Source of the DNA: Glaucostegus cemiculus
Lineage: Eukaryota
Assembly: GCA_976551045.1 (NCBI GenBank)
Contig: CDPCPM010000231.1
Location: 2,356,001-2,420,000, forward strand
Length of the DNA: 64,000 nucleotides
Reading direction: 5' to 3'
Below are positions 50,776-64,000 of the stretch, one piece after another. How positions within the stretch are numbered: position 1 is the first letter of the stretch; each line of letters begins with the position of its first letter. The notes under the pieces are model-generated. The model searched no databases. It saw only the letters and a list, made by a program, of their open reading frames with translations, and was not told where the DNA came from. The position numbers and the translations under genes are program-made.

Positions 50776-52001
50776 TTGTTTCATAATTCCCGAATATGCA
50801 GGGCTTTTTAAAAATTTTTTGAATGCTTTAGGAACTGGGGAAATAAGTAAAGCTAAAAGGAACAATAAAATTTCCTATTTATGTTGGGCTTTAGGCATAG
50901 TGAAAATGTCCTAGGCAAAATGGCTATTGGACACAAATAAACATTGACCTGGACAAGAAGTGGGCAAGGAACTAGGTTTTAAGAAGCAACCCAAAGGAAG
51001 TTTAAAGTTTGCAGGGCAGATGGACTGACGCAGTGGAGGCAAATGATTCCACAAAAAGTCGACACCATATGGAAGTAGGCAGCCTGAGTGAAGGGAGGAG
51101 ATATGAGATACGAAAGCTAGTAAGAGGAAAAGGCATTGGTGATATCAGTCTTACTGCACTGTGATTTTTAACTAGACTAACAGGAGTTAATGGCCCAGAT
51201 TTTGCAGTTCTTGGTCATGATATTGGCATTTGTTCTTCTCTCTTGTGAGGACTGCCCAAAAAGTGTTTGCAGGTATTTGAGTAAGCATAAAACAAAACGC
51301 AAAAAAGGGAACATGGATTTAAGTAAGTTATCTTGAACCCAGCAATACCAACTAACTTCCAAGGACTCTGACTCCACATTTGCAAAATTAAACTTTTAGT
51401 GCTATGGAGGTTCTTCAGCAATAATTATGGCAATCATACAAATGCTCGTGCAGTATAGATAACCCCTGCAATAATAGTTCTATTCACCCTTACATTACTC
51501 ACAGATCATTACCCAAAATGTTGAGATACAGAATAAAATTTGTTCTCATGGAATTTTGAAATTGACCACACCCACACCCACAGACCTTGTGAATGCTGCT
51601 TATGTGATGCTATGTGCCTTGTGATGCTGCTGCAAATAAGTTTTTCATTGCACTTGTGTATATGTGTGCATGTGACAATAAACTTGACTTCGACTTTCAG
51701 GGCCTTAATGTTTAGTGTATCCTTTTATTTCTCCATTACAACTGTAAAATTTACTAAGTTATGGTCACTATCTCCAAAATGTTCGCCCACTAACACCCCC
51801 ACTATTTGCCTGCCTAGTTCCCAAAGATTAGGCCCGGTACTGTCCTTCTCCAGAAGGACCATCTACCTTCTGGGTTTACAAGGATATCCTGGATGTACTT
51901 TAAAAATTCCACTCTTCTTAGTCTCACCCCAAGGCCATCTTGCTTAATATTGAGAAAATAGATATTTCCCTACTATTATTATTTTAATAATTCTCTGTGC
52001 C

Positions 52002-52037
<36 letters not shown>

Positions 52038-55000
52038 CCTCTACCTCCCACTGACTGTTTTGAAGCCTGTAGTACATTCTCAGCAAAGTTATTGCCCTTT
52101 ATTTCTAAGTTCCATCCATGTGGCCTCATTTGAAGAACCTTCTAGAAACCTCTTTCCTTACTCTAGTAAAGGTCACTTTGATTACCTCTCCTTCCATGTT
52201 CCCTATTAAGCCTGAAGATTCTAAACCTTGGAATGTTGAGTAGCCAGTCCTACCCATCTTTCAACAGTATCATATTACCAAGTGCTCATCAACATCCTCG
52301 TTCCAGTGTCCTCTCAAACTAGAATTCAGCCAGCAATTAACTATCGTAAGGGGGAATGTTGCTTTTATACCTCTTAGTAGAAAACACTTGAAAACTAAAT
52401 CATTGGAGATAATTGAGTGTAAATTTGCTGTTCGCAAGAGATGGTAACAGTTGGTGTCCAATTTTTTTATTTAATTTCTTTATTCAAATACATTTTCCTA
52501 TGCCCTCTGCTTCCTCATACTTGTCAAAAAATCTGGCATGTTTTAGATAGTTTGTTTAATTGATTATTTTTAACTTGCGGATAGTTTCCATTGTGCTTAA
52601 CTTCCTGAGTTCAGTTTCGATTTAAGTGTCAAATTACATTTCTGAGCCATAAGGTATTGATGTAAAAACATGCAGATTTTCCCTCAAGAGTCTTCCTTTT
52701 GAAAGGTATGAACATAAGTTAATTGAATCTACCCTTTTATAGGCTGTGAGGTTGACAAGGGAATTAATTATAGCAAATTTTATACAAGAATAACATTTCT
52801 CACAAGGCTATAATTCACTAAAAAAATCACAATTTTTCTGGCAGGCAAGTGACTGAAAGAGGGAATAACAAAGATTCCCTAATACGGTGAAAAACACAAT
52901 GATGCTGAAGGAACTCAACAGGCCAGGCAGCATCCACAGAGAAAGGCAGGTGGTCATAGTGTTTTTCATCTAGATTCCAGTATCTGCAGTCTTTTGTCTC
53001 TCTTGCATAATACAGTATTGTTTATCAAGGTTTTAATTCAGAATACTTTGAACTTGTCTGAAATAGAAGTTATTGTGTATAAATCTGAAATTAGTGAAAG
53101 AAAATGCTTACCTTTCTTATCTACTCAAATCTCCTTATAAAAGAAGGTGCAAGCTTCAGATATCCACACCTGGATAGGTGGGAAAATAAACTGTTGGGAG
53201 AGTGTGAAGACTGAACACAATGACAGAGATGGGTTGAGTGGACAAAAAAGGTGAAATATGAAGTGTGGGTTGGAGAATAATGTCATGTATTTTGATATAA
53301 AGAACAGATAAACAAATTTGAAAAGAAATACTGAGAAATAAATTTATGGAGATGTTTGCCTTTCTTAGCACACATAGTTAACATACAGGTATGACAGGTG
53401 GTTAGGAAGGGAGATGACAGTTGGCATTATTGCAGAGGGTTGAAGTACACATTAAGGAAGTCTTGCTGTAATTATTGTGGGTTTTTGTTTCTGAGACAAC
53501 ACCTGGAATAAAGTGTATACAGCTTTGGTCTTCAAATAGAGGCCTTGCCTTGGAGGTGCTACTGTAATGCCAGCGTGAAGAATTCTCAGAAAAATAAGAC
53601 ATTTTACAAATGAAATGAATTCTCCAGAATATTCATCTTGTAAGCTTGGAAGGTGTCTGTAGGTGATGGTGTGCCATGCACATTCTGCCCTATCCTTCTT
53701 AGTGTGTTTAAAGGTGCTGTTGGAATAGCTAGGTGAGTAACTGCAGGGCACTTTGCAGTTTGCAGCCATTCGACACCGGTGTTGGAGGGTGGTTGATAGA
53801 GTGCCGATCAAGCAGGCTGCTGTGTTTTGGTTGGTGTTGAGCTTTTTGAGATTTGCTGGAGTTGTACTCATCCAGAAATTAGTATTCCATCAAGTTGCTG
53901 ACATGGATTGTAGATTATGGAAAGGCTCTGGGATATTAAGAGGACTTAGCCCCTGACCTGTTCCTGTAGCTAATGTATTTATTAGGCTGATCCAGCTGAG
54001 TTTCTAGTCAGTGATGACCCCAGGGATGTTGAAATTAGAGGACCCAGCAAAGCCATTGAATGTTATGAACTGGTGGTTCCACTCTCTCTAGTTGGAGATG
54101 GTCATTGTCTGCCACTTTTGCAGTGCAAATGTTACTTGCCACTTATCAGCATGTATCTAAATATTGTTAAGGTCTTGCTTCATACAGGCATAGGCTGCTT
54201 CAGTTGCTGAGGAATTATAAATAGAATTCAACATCCTCACCTCTGACCTTGAAAGATGGAAGGAAGGTTGTTGACGAAGCAGGCCGAGGACATTGCCTTG
54301 AAAAATTCCTGCAGCGATGCCTGAGGTTGGGATGATTGACTCAAAAACTTTAACCACTTTCTTCCATGTCACTCCATCCACTGGAGTGATTTTCCTATGA
54401 TGCCCATTGATTTCACTTTTACAAGGACACCTTGATACCACACTCCCTTACTGCTTTGATGTCAAGGGCTGTCAGTTCACTTTTGTAATTCAGCTCTTTG
54501 GTTCATATTGGATTCATGCAGAAAAGAAGACAAGGCAGAAGATAAACCGTGATTGAACTGAATGATGAAGCAGCCCCAAGGAGCGGTGTGGTCATCTCGT
54601 TTTTGTGTTTCTCTAGTTTTTTTTTAATCTTAGAAACATAAACAAATCATGTCTGTATTTCCTTCTTATATTTATTTGTACACTAAATATGTGTTTGTAC
54701 ACAGGTCCTTTCTTCATAATTGGTGATCAAACTTTGTTGTTCTGTTTTATTTTTGGTATGTCAGCCTTCGTCAAAAAAATTCTAAATTTAATCTGCCTGT
54801 GAACAAAAATAAACAAATGCCAACTATTTTTCATTATACCAATAGTACCATTGCAGTTATATCCTCTATGCCTGTAATCTGTTTCATTAGCCTAGAGAAT
54901 GTCAAAAGGAGATATTTTTTCTAAGGTATATTATGTATGTATCTTCAGAATTGTTATTTCAGCATGCTCCATTAGAATAAATGGCCTTTTGGTGTGAATT

Positions 55001-56683
55001 ATTTATATTTAAAAATAAAGGTGGTGATTATATATTGTTTGTTATTATTAAAGATATATAATCACTAGTGATGCTTTTGCTGTAAGTAAATCTTTCTACT
55101 GTCCACTGCACACTTTACCAAGTTGACTTCTATTTGGGAATATGTTATGCACAGCCTCCATTATCTCGCCTAACCGACCAGATAGCAAGTCTTCCACCTC
55201 CCCCCCACTCCCAATCGCTGGTCCAATTATCAATTATAGGGACTTCTCTACCTTGGTTGAAATCAGTTAATTCAGCCCAGACTAAGAAACAAACTCGGAA
55301 CCTTGATTGCTACACAAAGCGCTAGAGGAACTTAGTGAGTAAGGCAGCATCTGTGGAGGGAAGTAGACAGTTAACCTTTTGCGTCAAGCCCCTTCATCGT
55401 GTCTGCAGTCTCGTGTGTCTCCAAACCTGAAACCTTCCTGGATTGATAATAAAATAAAATGCTAGAAATACATGTTGGATCAATAAAGACTTAAGAAGAA
55501 AGGACAGGTTAAAAGTGATTGGGTGTGTAACCTGTCATTAATCAACAGTATGTTTTTAGTGATGTGACCTGTTTGGCATTTCTGGAATTTTCTATTATTA
55601 CCTTGTATGTTAATTTATTACTGTTATTGACACCTTATACATTATTAGTTACACCTTTTTTTACTAGATTGTGTGATTTGCTATATGAATTCACTGAATA
55701 GGGATGTGGTGAGCTGAAGGGCCCGTTTCTGTGCAGTAAGACTCTGTTATCATTCCAGAAGAAAGAATAAAACAAGTATGCGCCAAGTGTTTCACAACAG
55801 TGAAATATTTTTGAATTGTACTCTTGTTGGCAGATAGGCTAATGATGACAAATACAGCAAAGTTCCGTGAGTAGTGGTTGAGGTAATTGACCAAATTACC
55901 TTTTCTTTAGGTGGTATTGATTGAGGTTTGACTATTGGCCAGAATTTAGATAATTCTCCTGACTTTCAAATGACATCACAGAATCCTTTACACAAGAGCA
56001 GAATCTCAATTTACCATATCACTCACAACAAAAATGTATGCGTCCTTCATTCTGCACTCCACTACAAGCCTGGATTAATGTAGTCAAGTTCCCAGAACAG
56101 GATCAGAACCCACAAGCCCTGACTCAAGAGGTAAAGATGTCAGTGAATCCAGAAATAACAAGTGCAATAGGATTAAGGGAGTTGTAATTAACATACTAAA
56201 TGCTAAAATATTCAGAATCCAGTACACATTATAAAGTAGATGTATGTATTAATGGATCAGAACAAAGGTCATTGTCATGTTTTTAAAACTATTTAAGCTA
56301 ACCATCTAGTCAATTAAAAATTATTGCAATTTATTAGTTGATTGACAATTTTATCAGTTGTGATCTCAGTACTCCTAACTCATAAAACACATTTACTATT
56401 CTTGCCAATATGGTAAAAATTGATAAATTCACAGCCAAATGTTCTTCCCAGAGCAGCATAGTTCATTGAAAACTCAACATGTTAAGATAAAAATTCAGTA
56501 CAATATAATCAACCCTAGTTGCTTTCCAGCCTACAAAAAATGTCATAATCTTTTGGCCTCAGTATTGCAAATTCAGTATGGATTATAATAATCTAATTTC
56601 CTGTATTTATTTATTGTGGAGAAAGTCATGGGACTGCACTTGGAATATTTATGCAATTCTAATTGCTTAGCTATAGGAAGGAT

Positions 56684-58838
56684 CACAAGATAATGGAGCA
56701 GAAGCAGGCCAGTCGGCCCATCGAGTCTGCTCCAAAGGGAAGGGAGGGTGGGGAAAAAGAGGATAAGGGAGAAAAAAAACCACCCTATTTCTAAGTCCAA
56801 ATCCCTGCCTTATCTCCATATCCCTTGATACCTTGACCAATTAGATATCTATCTATTTCCTTCTTGAATATCCCCAATGATCTGGCTTCCACTGCTTTCT
56901 GTGGTAAGGAGTTCCACAGGTTCACCACCCTCTGGCTAAAGAAATTCCTCCTTATCTCTGTTTTGAACCTGCTTCCTCTAATTCTAAGGTTGTGTCCTCT
57001 AGTCCTGGATTCCCCCACCAAGGGAAACAGCTTGACCACATTCACTTTGTCCATTCCTTTCAACATCTTGTACGTTTCTATTAGGTCCCCTCTCATTCTT
57101 CTGTACTCCAACAAGTACAGTCCAAGTGACGACAGTCGCTCATCATATGTAAACTTTTTCATCCCAGGAATCATCCTAGTGAATCTCCTCTGAACCCTCT
57201 CCAACATCAGCACATCCTTCCTAAGGTATGGGGGCCCAAAACTGCACACAGTACTCCAAGTGAGGCCTCACCAGTGTCCCGTATAGCCTCATCAACTCTT
57301 CCTTGCTTTTATATACTATACCCCTCAAAATAAATGCCAACATAGCATTTGCTTTCCTTACTGCCGATCCAACCTGGCGGTTAACCTTTAGGTTATCCTG
57401 TACGAGCACCCCTAAGTCCCTTTGTACTTCTGTGCTTCCAATTTTATCTCCTCCTAGATAATAGTCTGCCTGTCCATTTCTACTTCCGAAGTGTACAACT
57501 GCACATTTTTCCACGTTGAACCTCATCTGCCATTTCTTCGCCCATTCTCCTAGAATATCCAAGTCTCTCTGTAACTTTCCTGTCTCCTCAATACTCTCCA
57601 CTCCCCCCCCCCCCCCCAATCTTAGTGTCATCTGCAAACTTGGCCACAAACCCATTAACTCCTTCGTCTAAATCATTAATATACAAGGTAAAAAGAAGGG
57701 GCCCCAACACCGACCCCTGCGGAACACCATTAGTAACCGGCAGCCAACCAGAACAGGAACCTTTTATTCCCACCCTCTGTTTCCTGCCATCCAGCCAACG
57801 CTCCACCCATTCTGTTATCCTACCTGTTATTCCGTGATCTCTCATCTTACTAATTAGTCTTTTGTGCGGCACCTTGTCGAATGCCTTCTGAAAGTCTAAA
57901 TACACTACATCTACGGCCTCTCCCTTGTCCACCCTGCCTGAGATTTCTTCAATAAACTCCAATAAATTGGTCAGGCAGGATCTTCCCTTCATGAACCCAT
58001 GTTGACTAGGACCTATCTTGCCTTGCACCTCCAAGTATCCCATCACCTCGTCCTTGAGGATCAATTCTAGTATCTTCCCCATCACAGACGTAAGACTGAT
58101 AGGCCTGTAATTTCCTTTGTGCTGTCTCCCACCTTTCTTATACAGTGGAACTACATTCGCGACCCTCCAGTCCTCCGGAACCTCTCCAGCATCTATCAAT
58201 TCCTGAAAAATTATCACTAATGCCTCCACTATTTCTAAAGCTACTTCCTTCAGTACATGGGGATGTATCTCATCCGGTCCCGGAGACTTATCAGTCTTTA
58301 ACCCATTTAGCTTCCCCAACACTTTCTCTCTAGTAACCTTAACTGTACTCAATTCCGTCCCTCGAGACCCTTGACTAACCGGTATATTGTTAATATCTTC
58401 CACCGTCAAGACCGACGCAAAATACTGATTTAGCACCTCTGCCATCTCTTTATCATCCATAATAATCTCTCCCGCATCATTTTCTATCGGTCCTATATCA
58501 ACCCGCGTCTCTCTTTTACTTCTTATATATTTTAAAAAACTCTTAGTATCCTTTTGAATGTTCTCTGCCAATTTCATTTCATAATTTCTCTTTTCTTTTC
58601 TAATGACCTTCTTAGTTTCTTTCTGTAGGTTCTTAAAAGTTTCCCAGTCTTCTGTTTTCCCGCTTCTTCTTGCTTCCTTATATGCCCTCCCTTTTGCTCT
58701 TATTTTAGCTTTCACCTCTCTCGATATCCACATTTGTGTCCTTTTTCCATTTAAAACCTTTTTTCTTGGAATGTATCTATCCTGCATTTTCCTTATTACT
58801 TGCTTAAATTCCACCCATTTATGTTCTGCCCTCCCTCC
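56684..58838 (-). mobile_element. Young 5'-truncated CR1 LINE (ORF2 reverse transcriptase)
   Basis: ORFs 57588..58814, 57221..57655 and 56791..57249 give KSPGPD, YRPISLTS, YLDFQKAFDKV, GVPQGSVLGP, KFADD; AGGAT target-site duplication at 56679-83 and 58839-43. Confidence 0.95.
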
Positions 58839-59202
58839 AGGATGTAATTAAGCTGGAAAGGATGCAGAAAAGATTCACAAGGATGCTACTAGGAATAGAG
58901 GGCTTGAGTTATAAGGAGAAACTAGATAGGCTGGGCCTTTTTTTCCCCTGGAGCATAGGATGTGGAGGAGTGACCTTATATATATCTTCATGATTTTGTA
59001 TTCCTTTATGACATGAATGGTCACAGCCTTTTTCCCCAGGGTAGGCAAGTCTAAAACTAGAAGGCATAGGTTTAAGGTGAGAGGGAAAAGATATTAAAAG
59101 GGAGCTAAAGGAGAACTTTTTCCACGCAGAGGGTGGTGTGTATATGGAATGAGCTGCGAGAGTAAGCAGTAGAGGCAGGTTCAATTACAACATGGTATGG
59201 TC

Positions 59203-59493
59203 ATGGCACGGTAGTATTAGCGGTTAGCGTAACGCTTTACAGCGCCAGCGATCCAGGTTCAAATCCGGCCACTGTCTGTAAGGAGTTTGTACGTTCTCCT
59301 CGTGTCTGAGTGGGTTTCTTCCAGGTGCTCTGGTTTCCTCCCACATTCCAAAGAAGTACAGGTTAGGAAATTGTGGGCATGCTATGTTGGTGCTGGAAGT
59401 GTGACGACACTTGCGGGCTGCCCCCAGAACATTACACAAAAAAGATGTATTTCACTGTGTGTTTCGGTGTACGTGTGATTAATAAAGATATCT
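59203..59493 (+). mobile_element. V-SINE
   Basis: Same consensus; inserted in a CR1 3' region. Confidence 0.85.
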
Positions 59494-61071
59494 TACATTG
59501 AAAAGACATTTATATGGGTACATGGGTAGGAAAGCTTTAGAGGGAATATGGGACTAGCTCAGTTAGGGAACATGGTTGGTGTGGTCAAATTGGGCTAAAG
59601 GACCTGTTTCCATATTGCATAACTCTGTGACTCCCAATTTCTCTTATCTTTAACTGGCTGGAAGGTGAAGGCATAGAATGTCATAGAAGCAGGAATGTCT
59701 GACTGAACCCACAACGCTGACCAAGGAGAAGGGTGGATAGAAGCAGGAAAAGGAGCAGGGTTAGTTACATGGAGACGTAACAGATAAGTAGTATGTTATA
59801 CAATGTAGGATGTCAAAAAAGCATTTTACAGTTATATGTTTCTTACCATAATGTAAGAAATGTGACAACCAGATTGAGCATACCAAACTTCTACAAACAG
59901 CAGTTAGATAAGTGAGCAGACAGCTGGTGATGCTGGTCCTGCAGTAAATATTGGCCTTTCCAGGAGGCTGAAGGTACTAAAGTGAAAGCAGTAATCCAAT
60001 ATTTAGTTGTAGGAAAGATTTAACCAACAGCTTCATTACCAAAATAGTTTCATGCTCTAATTGCATTAAGCAAAGAAAAATAACCTCCAGATCTGGTGTG
60101 AAATGAGGAAGGAAAATATAGCAACACACTGAAAAGGAATAAAGGATGAAGATATGAAAAAAATTAAGTGATCATTTATCAATGTCTCAATTACACTGAT
60201 GAAAGGTCATCGACCTAAAATGTTAACTGTTTCTCTCCATGGATTCTGCCTAATGTGATGTAAATTTCAGTTTTCATTGTTAATTTCTAGAAATTCTAGA
60301 AATTTCTGTTTTCATTGTTAATTCTGTTACTTCTACTACACATTTTGTCAACAATGTACCATTTGCTTTTCTACTGCAGCTGATGGTGCAAGAGCATTTT
60401 TTCTATATTTTCGATTACGTAACTGGCTTGTGAGGAGATTAACTTTGACCGATTACTCGATTAGTGCCTTGGAGTGTTTCTATCAGTGGCAGAGCCAAAA
60501 TATCACAGAACCTAAATTTGTCTTGCATCACGTGGCCCAGTGTACTCCTATTCCACTTCCTCATCATAATTTCTTTTAAATTAAGAATTAATTGGTAATT
60601 GGTTTAATATTGTCACATGTAGAAAGAAAAAATGATAAACTTTGTTTTGTGTGCCACCCAGACAGATCATTCCAAATATATGTACATCTTTTTCTCAAAA
60701 GCTCACATGATCTGTATATCAATTTCAAAAGGCTCATAAATATGTCTATTTTCATCACTAAAGGATTAAGAAGATTTCTTTCCAAATTAAAAATCTGCTT
60801 AGTTTGCAAACATTTGACTCTGCATAAAGGTAATCTGAATGTCTTGTCGGCATTATATGTTCTTCGTGTATTTATTGTTGGTTACCCAGTAAGTGAATAT
60901 TTCTAGAAACCAAACTTCCAATTGAGCAATGCACCATGATTCTAACACAAATAAATTTCTGATAATTTCTTAAAGAACATGATGAAAGGTGCTGGATTTT
61001 CTGACTAAATAGCTTTCTGTCCAAAAATATATTAAAGAAGACATTTTCTATAATAGGACCAATTAATACAT

Positions 61072-61623
61072 TTATTGTAAAACAGTTAACTCAAATTCTG
61101 TAAAACAATTTTCCATAACCTTCATTTTTACTTCAGAAATAAGATTCTCTTGTTTCAGCTGTTCAATCAGCTTTTCCATTCTCTTAAGCTCTGCTGCAGT
61201 CCCCTGTTCTTGTTGCTGCAGTTTTTTTATCTTCTTCTGTAATCTGGAAATTTTTTCCCAGAGTAGGGCCTTGTCAGTGTCCTGTCTACAATAAGAATGT
61301 TCAACTTGGAGAACCTCAGTGACAATGGACTGTTTATTGTTCAACAATTGGTTCACTTCAACCCCTTTTATCATTGTGAAGGGTTCATTTGGTGTGTCTT
61401 GAACAACAGGTTCTGAATTTCCATTGGCCCGAGTTGGTACAATGTTAATTTCTGAATTCCCTTCAGGTTGCTCAATGTATTGTGCATTAGCAATTGATAA
61501 TTCTAGTCTTTCACTGCTTATTTCAGCTGATGCAGCTGAACCAAATATTTCCAGTTTTGTTTCTGTTGTTCCTTCAGGTGAAATATTTTTTCTCCGAACA
61601 TGTCGAAAATTTGTCTTCTTATT
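61072..61623 (-). CDS. THAP5: THAP5-like exon 3 (HCF-binding motif and coiled coil, ends at stop)
   Basis: Open 184 codons from a ttcag acceptor; TEVLQVEHSYCRQD (EHSY HCF-binding motif) ... LKQENLISE...ENCFTEFELTVLQ* resembles the THAP5 C-terminus; ortholog vs paralog status unresolved. Confidence 0.88.
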   Translation of the reverse strand, partial: NKKTNFRHVRRKNISPEGTTETKLEIFGSAASAEISSERLELSIANAQYIEQPEGNSEINIVPTRANGNSEPVVQDTPNEPFTMIKGVEVNQLLNNKQSIVTEVLQVEHSYCRQDTDKALLWEKISRLQKKIKKLQQQEQGTAAELKRMEKLIEQLKQENLISEVKMKVMENCFTEFELTVLQ

Positions 61624-61652
61624 CTGAAAAATAATTTTTTAATGCTTTTGAT

Positions 61653-61700
61653 TTGATCAGGTGGTCTTGTATTGCATTGATCAGGTGGTCTTGTATTGCA
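61653..61700 (+). repeat. Perfect 24-bp tandem duplication in the THAP5-like intron 2
   Basis: TTGATCAGGTGGTCTTGTATTGCA x2. Confidence 0.95.
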
Positions 61701-61745
61701 TTGTATGCTGTTTAAACTGTTAACTTTCAAAATGTATGATCTTAC

Positions 61746-61938
61746 CTGTTGATGAGTTGGAAATGAAAAAACAGTTGGTATAGCATGCGTCTTCAAATAG
61801 CGTATACCCCAGCGCCATTCAAATGAATCTGCAGTAAAATGGTCGCTACAAATGCATTGATGCTTAGTGGGAAACCAGTTCTCTCTTTTCATATTTTTGA
61901 TCCATCTGTGAAGTCTTTCTTTGTTTTGGAGTGGAAAC
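61746..61938 (-). CDS. THAP5: THAP5-like exon 2 (THAP zinc-finger domain)
   Basis: FPLQNKERLHRWIKNMKRENWFPTKHQCICSDHFTADSFEWRWGIRYLKTHAIPTVF; CSxHF and A(V/I)PTxF THAP motifs plus the THAP5-typical RWGIRYLK; 193 nt, aag/gtaaga. Confidence 0.9.
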
Positions 61939-64000
61939 CTTTTTAAAGAGAAAATACAATATGTTAGCCAAATAACAGTTTTTATCTAGTCTGCTGTGAA
62001 ACAGCTTTCTTAACTGCTGCACAAGCTGCAGCGTAACAGTACCAAGTATTTGATATGGAAAGTAGACTTTTGAGATATTGAGCTAGTTGTTAAGATTAAA
62101 ACATTAAACACAATAGACTCCAACTAAAGAAAATCCTTTTTAAAAAAATGTGATCAAAATGTCTTTTGTTAAAAGTTTCTTTCATGTCAACTGTACATTT
62201 CTATTTTTCAAATGGGTCGTCCCCATCTCCTAATTGTTCTGCAACTACTGGATTTGCTGACTAATTTTATTTTTGAGTTCCACAATATGTGAACATGACA
62301 CAGAACAACCACACAACTTTATGTTAGATTCAGTGCAACAATCACCTACGTATTATGTGTAATACATTATAATATTAATCTGGCTCTCTCCCTACAACTC
62401 ACTTTTCAAAGATATAAACCTAGAGTGCAGAAGGCCATGTCTGTTTGGCCAGAGCAAGATTGCTTTTCTTCCTTTCTAGAAGAAAGCTAAGGTAGTGAAG
62501 GGCAAATCAGTTGTAATATACGCCAAAAGTGTGCAACAACCTTCTGTAAATTGCAGCAAGAGAAACAAAAAATATGAAGCCTTAGATTTTATTAAATGTA
62601 CAGTTACTAATTTTAAGTTTCTTTTCACCCATCATCTATCAAATCTGTTTACAATATAAATGGTTTTCAATTAAACAATGAGTTTTAAAATCAAAAAGTG
62701 ATCATAAACAGTACAGCTCACTTTGGCACCTATATGATTAAATGCAATGTATTATGCATGGAAACGCTACAGATTTAAAATCATAGAAGATTTTGGTTTC
62801 TGTCTATAAAAACTTAGTTTGTCACAAGTGTTAACACAGACATTAGGAAGTGCCAAAGCAAATTTTCACATAGCAATTATACCTTTCAGCCCAATCAAAT
62901 CAATGAAGCTATGGGTGATGAGCAATCAAGACTTAGTGCAGGATAGGTAACGGTTAAGTGACCAACCAATTTATTACTTATGGAAGATTCAATCAGCTTA
63001 GCGAGTAGACATTGCTGAAATAGAATCTAGAATTGACTAAGGTTTGGGTAAGGGGGTCGTTTGTGAATTTGATATTGGTTTTGCATTGAAAAATCAAAAT
63101 AAACTGTAGATGCTTACAATAAAACACAACTTCATAATAGAACTTCAGTTCTGATGAAGGGTCTTCGACCCAAAACTTTAACTCTGTTTCTCTCAACAAA
63201 TGCCATCTGCCCTGCTTGTGTTTCTAGCACTTCTGTTTTTATATGGAACTTGCATTATTTAATATTGATGGTATGTCCTGCAGAAGATAAACTGCACATT
63301 ATGTTATAACCATAGTCATCACAGGCAACTATTGAAATTGAATTTTTTGACACAACAAGGCTGACTGTCCCATAATTTATTTTTGTCAGTAATCATCAGC
63401 TGGTGTATATCCTTTTACACATACTGTTATTTAAGCTTCTGCTAACACTTTATTAAACATATTCTCAATACTTCATCGCTTGCTGCAATATAATTGAAAA
63501 GAAAAATGTTGTATTTATATAACAAACTATCAAAATGTCTCCATTGCATTTTTATTCCATAGCTAGATAAACTTTGAGACATACTGTAAACAGACTTGAA
63601 ATCAACAATTAGCCAATGTTGTTTTCTGACTTTGTATGGCAGAAGGATTGCGCTATGATGCATTGAAAAATAGCAACTATTTTTATTAGTGGACAAGATT
63701 TTTTTTTAAATGCAGAGCTGTTGTGGTCTACAATACATTGTCCTTGGAAGTATATTCATTAGTATCTTTCTGAAATGAACTGGATATATGATAATAAATT
63801 GTAGGATTATGGAGAAAAGAGCAAGGATGTGCAAAAAATTGGATAACTTAAAAAAAGCAGAACAGGCATGATAAGCAGAATTGCCTCGATCTGTGATGTT
63901 TGATTCTGAGAGTTTCACTGTAGAATATTTATTTACAACACAACAATCAAATAAAACTCATTAGAAGGATGTAACATCCAATAATACACTCAAACTATCC

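Larger units (their letters stand above)
56625..59635 (+). mobile_element. Older CR1 3' fragment hosting the young CR1 and a SINE (approximate bounds)
   Basis: ctataggaaggat at 56671 continues as aggatgtaattaagctggaaagg at 58839; CR1 3' tail to about 59630. Confidence 0.75.

Noticed and set aside
61518-61892. 124-aa THAP ORF read as a single-exon protein or P-element remnant
   Set aside because: It runs through a GT-AG intron; splicing 61746 to 61623 gives a THAP5-like host protein with no transposase domain

Overview
Vertebrate genomic DNA, most likely a cartilaginous fish (shark or ray), inferred from V-SINE/HE1-like SINEs, DeuSINE remnants, abundant CR1, Rex1, Penelope and Tc1 repeats. 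It holds two minus-strand protein-coding genes. ERGIC2 has 12 coding exons traced by hand (36888 down to 5351, 356 codons), a CpG-island promoter and putative non-coding exon 1 near 49.7-50.0 kb; its terminal coding exon was not found. A THAP5-like gene has exons 2 and 3 at 61938-61072, and its exon 1 is probably beyond the window. Most other ORFs in the track are retroelement fragments or spurious. The most unusual structure is a 2.74-kb Gypsy (Gmr1-like) LTR element in ERGIC2 intron 4. Its two ~735-bp LTRs are inverted rather than direct, they flank a gag-only core, and a second tRNA-Pro primer-site copy sits at the abnormal junction. A second head-to-head (fold-back) element made of two Tc1 3' halves sits in intron 10. 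Also noted: a GC-AG splice donor with an in-frame GT alternative, an overlapping uORF at the ERGIC2 start, and THAP5-like/ERGIC2 adjacency not seen in human. Repeat boundaries marked approximate were read by eye; no database searches were run.
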